From the IMG/VR virus record IMGVR_UViG_3300045988_112104, positions 1 through 33,635 of that record: a stretch of DNA of 33,635 bases, one strand, 5' to 3'. Below are positions 14,748 through 21,503 of this stretch, in pieces. The stretch's first letter is position 1. Every line of letters starts with the position of its first letter. The stretch is from a virus. The notes under the pieces are model-generated. The model made no database searches. It saw only the letters and a program-made list of their open reading frames with translations, and was not told where the DNA came from. Both the position numbers and the translations under genes were made by a program.

Positions 14748-15046
14748 TGGGAATACAAAGTGATTTAAAGCAGATATCCAACCACTATGGTTACACCCAT
14801 CAAAAGAATATGCTAATCGAGGAAATGGCTGAACTTATACAAGCGTTGAACAAGTTAGAGAGGTATGGTAGAGGTAGTGTTTTTTCGAGAAATGTAATCG
14901 AAGAAATAGCCGATGTTGAAATTATGCTAGCACAAGTCAAATACTTACTCAATGTGGAAGATGAGGTTAATGATATTGTGGTCGAGAAAATCAAAAGACA
15001 GATAAATCGAGTGGAGTTAGAAAAGGAGCAGAAATGGGAGAAATAG
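14747..15046 (+). CDS. MazG-like nucleotide pyrophosphohydrolase
   Basis: 99 aa. LIEEMAELIQAL...VIEEIADVEIMLAQV carries the EExxE...ExxD helix pair typical of all-alpha NTP-PPases. Confidence 0.7.
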   Translation: MGIQSDLKQISNHYGYTHQKNMLIEEMAELIQALNKLERYGRGSVFSRNVIEEIADVEIMLAQVKYLLNVEDEVNDIVVEKIKRQINRVELEKEQKWEK

Positions 15047-15429
15047 ATGTAACAAAGGTAACGGCAATAGATTACCTTGAGAAACTTATAAAAATTGACG
15101 CTGAGAGACATTGCGAATGGGATGGATGTGATGGATGTAAGTACAGTAATACAGCGTGTGCGACACCTGAAGATATAGAACGTATAGGCGTAGAAGAGAA
15201 TATAAGAGATGTGATTATGTTTGAGACGACCGACAAATCCGAGATTGATTGGACTAAGGTCGAGAAAGACACCCTAATAGAGGTTAGCAATGACGCCAAA
15301 ACATGGTATATGCGTTATTTTGCTCTGTATGACGGCAAAAGGGTGTGTGCATATCTAGATGGGCGTACATCAAAGACAGAAAGCGAAACTCTTGCTTGGA
15401 ATTTTGCTAGGATTGCAGATGAGGACTAA
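15034..15429 (+). CDS. Hypothetical protein (Cys cluster CEWDGCDGCKYSNTAC)
   Basis: 131-aa ORF packed in the operon. Confidence 0.45.
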   Translation: MGEIDVTKVTAIDYLEKLIKIDAERHCEWDGCDGCKYSNTACATPEDIERIGVEENIRDVIMFETTDKSEIDWTKVEKDTLIEVSNDAKTWYMRYFALYDGKRVCAYLDGRTSKTESETLAWNFARIADED

Positions 15430-15431
15430 AT

Positions 15432-15857
15432 ATGGGCAGAATATCAAAAGAGCAACGCAAGAAATACAACGGTTTTGAATGGGGGACCTGGAGCGACAAA
15501 GAAGTGGCGAAGATGTTCCGTCAGATGGGTTTCACCGAAGCGAAAATCAATCGCCTAGAGGATAAAACCAACTTTGTTGACGGAGTGCCGTATTGTCATA
15601 TTGAAACTAAAATCTGCGATAAATTAAGCCTTGAAAGACATCTAGGCAGGGCGATAGAACACGGAATGGAAAGGCACGATTTATTTATTCCACTAGTTTG
15701 TCAAAAGCAGTATAAGGACACGATGTGGAAAGCGATATTACCGTTAGAACACTTTATGGTGCTATTGATTCTAGCCGTTGGAAGCGACCAACAGAAGTCT
15801 GATGTATTAAAAGCACTCAAAGACGGTGTAAGACCTGAGGTAGTAAGGAGGAAGTAA
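15432..15857 (+). CDS. Possible PD-(D/E)XK nuclease / Holliday-junction-resolvase-like protein (tentative)
   Basis: GFEW...MGF...R...VDGVPYCHIETK resembles the Hjc-type G.FE...D...ExK arrangement. Confidence 0.35.
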   Translation: MGRISKEQRKKYNGFEWGTWSDKEVAKMFRQMGFTEAKINRLEDKTNFVDGVPYCHIETKICDKLSLERHLGRAIEHGMERHDLFIPLVCQKQYKDTMWKAILPLEHFMVLLILAVGSDQQKSDVLKALKDGVRPEVVRRK

Positions 15858-16264
15858 TGCAGAACTACTATAAGTTTGACGTGAAAGCTTATTTGATGGA
15901 CTACAAGAGGAATAAGGAAGAATACGAAAAACTTTGCGAAGAATACAAAGACATTCTAACAAGTATGGGACTTGATTATTCCAAAGAAAGGGTAACGAGC
16001 AGTAACATAGCTTCAGAGGTGGAAAACAAAGCCATACAGAGGGAAAGATTCGAGAAACGATTAAAGCCTTATAGGTGGTATTTTGAGGGGATAGCAAAGC
16101 TAATAGAGGGCTCAAGTGCAGAGCAAAACTATATCTATGAACTATATATGCACAATATCCCCAACAAAACAAAAGCCGTTCAGAAATATTTTAACCTCAA
16201 TTCTTCCAAAGCCCACAGGCTAAAAGAAGCCACGCTTGATAGAGTGGAATATATTATCAAATAA
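15857..16264 (+). CDS. Late-gene transcriptional regulator candidate (ArpU/RinA-like, sigma-region-4-like)
   Basis: 135 aa. It is the last gene of the early operon, at the position usually held by ArpU/RinA-type activators before terminase. The call rests mainly on size and position. Confidence 0.4.
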   Translation: MQNYYKFDVKAYLMDYKRNKEEYEKLCEEYKDILTSMGLDYSKERVTSSNIASEVENKAIQRERFEKRLKPYRWYFEGIAKLIEGSSAEQNYIYELYMHNIPNKTKAVQKYFNLNSSKAHRLKEATLDRVEYIIK

Positions 16265-16268
16265 AAGA

Positions 16269-16297
16269 AAAGCCTTGATTATTCAAGGCTTTTTTCT
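16269..16297. terminator. Bidirectional intrinsic terminator
   Basis: AAAGCCTTGA / TCAAGGCTTT stem with a 4-nt loop. T-run on the plus strand (16291-16295) and a T-rich tract on the minus strand. It sits between convergent transcription units. Confidence 0.85.
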
Positions 16298-16511
16298 TGA
16301 TGTATCAAATTAAGAGTTTGAGCATTTTACCACCATCTTTTAGGGAACCCCACAGACCACTTTTTCTAGGATCTAGCTGAGCCGTTATATTCTAGTTAGC
16401 AGTGAGATATATTCACAGGCTTACAACAAGCCTAGCGAACCACTGATAACAGTTTAAAGGTTTTCGTGCCATCTTATAGGGCGATGTATAAAAACCCTTT
16501 AAAACTCAATT

Positions 16512-16880
16512 TTAGGCTTCGTGCTTAATTCTAAACTCTAATAGGTCAAGGACATAAGCAGGCGGAACTCTCTCCCCCATCTCCCAACTTTGCAAGGTCC
16601 TCAAAGGCACACCGTAAGCCTTGCTAAACTCTTGCTGTGTTAAAGCCCCCCTAAGAGCCTTTACTCTATCAATGATTGTCGTATCAGGGAATAAGTCCGC
16701 CATCTTTTCAGGTGCCACAACCTCAATAATTTTCTTTGCTTCATCAATTGACAGTGGCTTGATTTTTCCACCATCTTCAAGAAAGAATTCCCCTGTGCGC
16801 TTCCTGTATAGCTTTGAGCCGTCATATGAGCTTATAAATACGGCTTTGCCTGTATCGTACCTTTTGCCGTTGATTATCAT
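16512..16880 (-). CDS. Fusion of an uncharacterised N-domain with a C-terminal XRE/antitoxin-type HTH
   Basis: C-terminal LTQQEFSKAYGVPLRTLQSWEMGERVPPAYVLDLL is an HTH_3 / MqsA-HigA-like pattern. The N-domain is MIINGKRYDTGKA...LYRKRTGEFFLEDGGKIKPLSIDEAKK. Confidence 0.65.
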   Translation of the reverse strand: MIINGKRYDTGKAVFISSYDGSKLYRKRTGEFFLEDGGKIKPLSIDEAKKIIEVVAPEKMADLFPDTTIIDRVKALRGALTQQEFSKAYGVPLRTLQSWEMGERVPPAYVLDLLEFRIKHEA

Positions 16881-16903
16881 TTAAACCTCCTAAACAAACG
16901 ATT

Positions 16904-16923
16904 AAGGGCGATTAATCGCCCTT
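16904..16923. promoter_or_regulatory. Perfect 20-bp palindrome AAGGGCGATTAATCGCCCTT in front of the HTH gene (operator or attenuator hairpin)
   Basis: It lies between a candidate minus-strand promoter (TTGTAA-17-TATAGT, about 16950-16978) and the SD of the 16880 gene. Confidence 0.45.
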
Positions 16924-17036
16924 ATATTCTTATTCAAACCTCTCTTTACTATATGTTTTACTATAACATTACAATTCAAAATTTACAATCTATTTTGTGC
17001 TAGGAGGGGGACGATTCCCCCTCTGAGTGGCTCAAC

Positions 17037-17669
17037 TCAACCCCATAACTTTGTAGCTATCTCAACTTTTTTTGTTAGTTCGTTGACTTCTTTCTTTGCA
17101 TAAGTCAAAGAATAAGAATGCTTGCGTTTTTCTGGATGCTCTTTCAACATTTTATGATATTCTTTTGCTTGCTCCAGCTTGGCAGTGAAAAATTCAAGGC
17201 TTTCAGGCATTGCAAGGGTGATTTCTTTAGCCTTATTCTCCCAATACTCCGCCTTGTGTTCCTGCTCTTCCGCTTTGTTCATATACTCAACGGCTTTAGC
17301 CGTGCGCTTCCAATTTCTTTCAATTAGTGCCCTGTGCGATTTTTCGCTGTGATGTCCAACCTTGATGGGTTCTCCGAGTGATAAAAACTCTTTACTCTCT
17401 TCTGCAGATTTCCATCTTTCGTTACTGCGTGCCATATTGCGAGCGCTTGCGGTCCTGTATTTGTCCGCCTTACGCTCCGCATAGCTTAAGCTCTCTAGTC
17501 TCACGATTGAGTAATAGTATTTATCGCCAGTCTGCCCAACAAGGTTGTAAACCTCACACTCAACGACTTTGTCATATTTAGTAGTTAATTCTATGATGTC
17601 GCCCTTGCTGTACTCTTCTTCACACTCTGCAACCCATACATTTGGACAATACTTTTTAAATCTGTTCAT
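17037..17669 (-). CDS. DUF3560-family protein
   Basis: GEPIKVGHHSEKSHRALIERNWKR matches the DUF3560 signature (GQPILVGHHSE.rhR). A helical C-terminal half follows. Confidence 0.7.
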   Translation of the reverse strand: MNRFKKYCPNVWVAECEEEYSKGDIIELTTKYDKVVECEVYNLVGQTGDKYYYSIVRLESLSYAERKADKYRTASARNMARSNERWKSAEESKEFLSLGEPIKVGHHSEKSHRALIERNWKRTAKAVEYMNKAEEQEHKAEYWENKAKEITLAMPESLEFFTAKLEQAKEYHKMLKEHPEKRKHSYSLTYAKKEVNELTKKVEIATKLWG

Positions 17670-17711
17670 CTTTTCACCTCCTGCCCCTCCGTAGAGGGGC
17701 TAATATCCTTT

Positions 17712-18194
17712 TTAAACTGTTAATTCCTGCATTGGCTTTGTGTTTACCGTCATTGACCCGTACATCGTCCTGATTTCGTCAAATGTGTACTCTTTCTTGT
17801 TGCCAAAACGTCTATATCCCTGTGGCGATTTATACCAACAAGCCTTTACTCTGTGCCACTTAAAACCTAATTTTTTCAAGCCGTCTTTATGTGGCTTAGT
17901 ATCTCCGCTGACCCATACAAAGCAACCTATAATCTCTATTGCAATACCTTTCATTCTGATTAGCTGATTGATTAACTCTACAAATTCGCTTGATTTCTCG
18001 CTTGTCTCTTTGCTATAAGTTTTGCCATCTTTGTTAATGTGACAGTCCTTGACCTGCTTAAACTTGCTATCATATTCGGAATTGATAGCTTGCATTGTCC
18101 TCAAATCACCGCCACGGTCAGGATGGTACATCATGGCTAACCTTTTATACTCTGCTTTTAACTGTTCTAGTGTGCTACAATTTTCAAAATACAT
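17712..18194 (-). CDS. J-domain (DnaJ-like) protein with an uncharacterised C-terminal domain
   Basis: The N-terminal LEQLKAEYKRLAMMYHPDRGGD contains the HPD tripeptide. C-terminal motif: VWVSGDTKPHKDGLKKLGFKWHRVKACWY. Confidence 0.8.
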   Translation of the reverse strand: MYFENCSTLEQLKAEYKRLAMMYHPDRGGDLRTMQAINSEYDSKFKQVKDCHINKDGKTYSKETSEKSSEFVELINQLIRMKGIAIEIIGCFVWVSGDTKPHKDGLKKLGFKWHRVKACWYKSPQGYRRFGNKKEYTFDEIRTMYGSMTVNTKPMQELTV

Positions 18195-18261
18195 CTTTAC
18201 AACCTCTTTTCTTTATTTGATACATCTTTGCGTTACGCACTTTGTGTGCTTCGTTGTATGT

Positions 18262-18290
18262 ATCATATAACACATTGTGCAGTATGTCAA
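18262..18290 (-). promoter_or_regulatory. Consensus sigma-A-type promoter for the minus-strand cassette (TTGACA-17-TATGAT)
   Basis: The -35 is the reverse complement of 18285-18290 and the -10 is the reverse complement of 18262-18267. An A/T-rich UP-like tract lies at 18291-18330. Palindrome CACATTGTG (18271-18279) lies in the spacer. Confidence 0.75.
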
Positions 18291-18382
18291 CACTTTTTTA
18301 AAACTTTTTTTAAATATTTTTTTCAAAATGGCTCAAAATGTTTAAATTTCAATGAAAAAATTCATCTTAAATGTTTAAAGTA

Positions 18383-18391
18383 TGATATAAT
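18383..18391 (+). promoter_or_regulatory. Extended -10 promoter (TGaTATAAT) facing terS
   Basis: TG 18383-18384 and TATAAT 18386-18391, with a weak -35. Direct repeat AAATGTTTAAA at 18336-18346 and 18369-18379. Confidence 0.55.
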
Positions 18392-18544
18392 ATACTTGTA
18401 AGTAATGGAGTTAGTCCATGATTTCAACCTTTCTAAATTATATCTAGCGACGGCAGGCTTGCCGGAATGGTGAGCCTTTTCGTGCGCATAAAAAGAAGGA
18501 CTAAAGAGGGGAAAGTATCGCACAAGGGCGAGCGATACATATAA

Positions 18545-18604
18545 TGCTTCTATCAGTAACCACCTCAATATTTGAGGGATGGCGAACCTAGAGGCATTTT
18601 TATT
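18545..18604 (+). terminator. Terminator-like compound hairpin in the terS leader
   Basis: Outer stem TGCTTCTA (18545-18552) / TAGAGGCA (18589-18596). Inner hairpin CCTCAA-TAT-TTGAGG. Followed by TTTTTATTT. Confidence 0.55.
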
Positions 18605-18674
18605 TGATAAGCAAACAGCCTAAGAGGTTAAAGAATCTAGCGTAATGCTCTATACGAGCCGAAAGGGGGAGGAA

Positions 18675-19316
18675 ATGGCAAAAGCTAAGACAAGGGCACA
18701 AGCAAATAAAGAATTAAATACAGTCAAGCAAGCTGATACCTCCCTGGCAACACAGAAGAGCATAAATAAAGTAAAAGTTGCTACCATATATGACGGCTAC
18801 TATATAAGACCTAACCTAGCCGTGGGAATGATAACGGCGATTGACGATTGGGTGGGCATAGACGAGCAAGGCAACAGAGTATACTTGACAGGAGCAGACA
18901 CAAACAAGGTTATAAAGGCAAATAAAGCAGATGTATATATAAAATCACCTGAGCATTTAATGACATTATACTTAGAGTTTCTAAAGCATATCAGAGACAA
19001 CAAATATAATGTATATCCAACAAAAGCCAATTTATCAGATTTTATTGGCATCAGCTATTCCTCTTTATGCAGATACTTAAGCGATTACAAATCGGATTTT
19101 AAACCGTTATACGACAATATACTAGCTGACATACTAACGGAAGGAGTAATTTCAGGGGCTTACGACCGACAAATGACTATGTTTTGTTTGAAAAATTGGT
19201 GTGGTTGGGCTGATAATACTAAGATTGAAACCACTACAAGGCAAGAGCCAATTAGTAAAGATAAAGCCGACAAGATACTCAAAGAGTACATTTCTAGCCT
19301 AGACAAAGCAGAATAG
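18675..19316 (+). CDS. terS: Terminase small subunit with an approximately 110-aa N-terminal extension
   Basis: ATG 18675 with SD GGGGGAGG. The C-terminal PTKANLSDFIGISYSSLCRYL...MTMFCLKNWCGWAD matches the Terminase_2-type pattern (HTH, then F.LKN..GW.D). Confidence 0.7.
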   Translation: MAKAKTRAQANKELNTVKQADTSLATQKSINKVKVATIYDGYYIRPNLAVGMITAIDDWVGIDEQGNRVYLTGADTNKVIKANKADVYIKSPEHLMTLYLEFLKHIRDNKYNVYPTKANLSDFIGISYSSLCRYLSDYKSDFKPLYDNILADILTEGVISGAYDRQMTMFCLKNWCGWADNTKIETTTRQEPISKDKADKILKEYISSLDKAE

Positions 19317-19828
19317 TGTATAAATGACATATTATCGATATACATTTTATACAAACCTTATGCATTAGTAACGATATTTACGATAGTTATATACAAAGAA
19401 TATGCAAAGATGAATAAAAAATGATAGCTTTAATCAGTGAATTTTATTAGAACCTTTGTATATTTAATGAATAAGACCATATAAGCAGTAAAAGGAATCG
19501 TTGAAATTTCAACATTTGTTTTAAACTATTCCGTAAATCATAGTTTACAGAATAGATATATTTACCATTATATGAAAGTACCCTATACCCTCAGCAGAGT
19601 AAAAAGGATATAGAGAACCTCAAAAGAGATAAAGGATGGAGGAGAAAATATCAAGGTTGGAGAATGGAGAATCAAACCACTATCCCCAATCAGAGCCACT
19701 CGTTCTTATAGTACGTATATAGTACCCCTCACCCTCACATCATCTTTTCACAATCGATTGTACCCAATTCATACCCACTAGGTTAATATGCCGATGGGTA
19801 TTTTTTATTATAAAATTTTGGAGAAGTT

Positions 19829-21289
19829 ATGGCAGATAGTAGAGAGATAGTAAAAGCCTTAATACAACACGACTATAAAAGCTATGTTGCCCTAACTAAT
19901 ATGGGATGGCGACATAGTAAGTTCCACGATTATTTGTGCGATACTGTTCAAGAGTTTGTTGAGAGGGAGACAGATAAGGCTTATGAGATATTGATAATAA
20001 GCACTCCACCTCAGCACGGAAAGAGTATGACTATAACTGAGACCTTGCCTAGTTGGTACCTACTAAAACATCCGACTAGGAAAGTAATAGAGGTAAGCTA
20101 TAGTGAAGACTTTGCTCAGAAGTTCGGCTTAAAGAATAAGAGCAAGATTGAAGAGTTCGGAGAGATATTCGGAACAGGACTGAGTAAGGATAAAAATACG
20201 GCTAATGAGTTTTGGATGGCTGGCAATAATGGACAGATGATAAGCCGAGGTGTTACAGGTGGTGTGACAGGAAACCCTGCAAATTTGTTTATCATAGATG
20301 ACCCTATAAAGACTCAGCAGGAAGCTGATTCAGAGACTACTAGAGAACACCTTTGGGATGAATGGAACTCATCGTATAAGTCAAGGCTTGCACCTAATGC
20401 AAAAGTCATAGTAATAATGACTAGATGGCACGAGGACGACTTAGCAGGCAGAATGATAGAAAATGAGCCTAATGTAACGGTGGTTAATCTTCCGTGTGAA
20501 GCTGAAGAGGGCGATGTCTTAGGTCGTAAGGTTGGTGAAGCACTTTGTCCTGAGATAGGCAAAGGTGATAAGTGGCTAGCTGATTTTAAGAAAGGATATT
20601 TAAGTAAGTCTGGATCTAGGACCTGGAACGCACTTTTTCAAGGTAGACCTGTAAGTGCTCAAGGAAACCTTTTGCAGAGGGAATGGTGGAAGTATTATGA
20701 TACTTTGCCTGAACTCAATACCTTGATAATGAGTGTTGACGCTGCATTTAAAGACGGCAAGGATAATGACTTTGTAGCGATACAGATATGGGGTAAGAAA
20801 GATTCCGAGTTTTACCTAGTAGACGCAGTTAAAAAGCATTTAGATATGCCTAAGACTGTAAAGGAGATTCTAAGACTAAAGGGAATGTATCCTACGGTAG
20901 ATAGAATTCTGATAGAGGATAAGGCTAATGGAACATCGGTTATCCAAGTGTTAAGAAGACAAATACACGGAATAGTGCCTATCACCCCACAAGGTGGCAA
21001 GGTGTCGAGAGTAAATGCCGTTAGTGGAGCGATAGAAAGTGGAAATGTTTATCTTCCGAAGAAGAAACCTTTCACTGAGGACTTTGTAAACGAGTGCTCA
21101 GCATTTCCTAACGGCAAGCACGATGACCAAGTAGACGCTATGAGCCAAGCCTTAAATCGTTTGATTTATTGGAAGAACGGAAAACCTAGTGCTCCTACGA
21201 GTGATAATAAGCTAATACAGTTTAACTTAGCTAAGCGTAAAAGCGCTGCTAGCGCGATAGGGAAAGGAGAATCGATAAATGTCATATAA
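19829..21289 (+). CDS. terL: Terminase large subunit
   Basis: Walker A-like STPPQHGKS, Walker B-like LFIIDDP, coupling motif MTRWH, C-terminal nuclease motif GKHDDQVDAMSQAL. Confidence 0.9.
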   Translation: MADSREIVKALIQHDYKSYVALTNMGWRHSKFHDYLCDTVQEFVERETDKAYEILIISTPPQHGKSMTITETLPSWYLLKHPTRKVIEVSYSEDFAQKFGLKNKSKIEEFGEIFGTGLSKDKNTANEFWMAGNNGQMISRGVTGGVTGNPANLFIIDDPIKTQQEADSETTREHLWDEWNSSYKSRLAPNAKVIVIMTRWHEDDLAGRMIENEPNVTVVNLPCEAEEGDVLGRKVGEALCPEIGKGDKWLADFKKGYLSKSGSRTWNALFQGRPVSAQGNLLQREWWKYYDTLPELNTLIMSVDAAFKDGKDNDFVAIQIWGKKDSEFYLVDAVKKHLDMPKTVKEILRLKGMYPTVDRILIEDKANGTSVIQVLRRQIHGIVPITPQGGKVSRVNAVSGAIESGNVYLPKKKPFTEDFVNECSAFPNGKHDDQVDAMSQALNRLIYWKNGKPSAPTSDNKLIQFNLAKRKSAASAIGKGESINVI

Positions 21290-21503
21290 CCTTATTTATG
21301 GTGCACTTTTAATAGTGTGCTTTTTTATTGGTGTATCGGTAGGGGTTCAGCTTCGCCCTGAGAGGTCGAAAATTGAGCCTATACCTACGAAGATAGCAAA
21401 GACACTAGGATATAAGACTAAAGCCGAAAGAACCTCTGAGAGGGAAAGAGCTAGGTTAGAACAGTTGCTGCAAGATATTGATAGTTATGGAAAGGACTTT
21501 TAA
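21279..21503 (+). CDS. Small single-pass membrane protein between terL and portal
   Basis: SD AAGGAG. TM segment: LIYGALLIVCFFIGVSVGV. Confidence 0.45.
   Translation: MSYNLIYGALLIVCFFIGVSVGVQLRPERSKIEPIPTKIAKTLGYKTKAERTSERERARLEQLLQDIDSYGKDF

Noticed and set aside
15807-16172. 121-aa minus-strand ORF opposite the late-regulator gene
   Set aside because: It is nested antisense, lies upstream of the bidirectional terminator so no transcript from the minus cassette should reach it, and has no SD.
18362-18568. 68-aa minus-strand ORF in the terS upstream region
   Set aside because: It has a TTG start and no SD, lies upstream of (outside) the mapped minus-strand promoter, has an odd composition, and overlaps the predicted plus-strand structured leader.
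19529-19539. 9-nt match (TCCGTAAAT) between the spacer hairpin and the operator half-site region at 4585-4594
   Set aside because: A 9-mer match is expected by chance at roughly 0.2-0.3 per genome of this size. It is not treated as evidence of repressor binding.
19317-19828. Group I/II intron or homing-endonuclease insertion between the terminase genes
   Set aside because: Both flanking genes look complete (terS has its stop; terL has its own SD, ATG and an intact N-terminus). No endonuclease or maturase ORF is present. I could not recognise intron core elements by eye, so it is kept only as an unexplained spacer.
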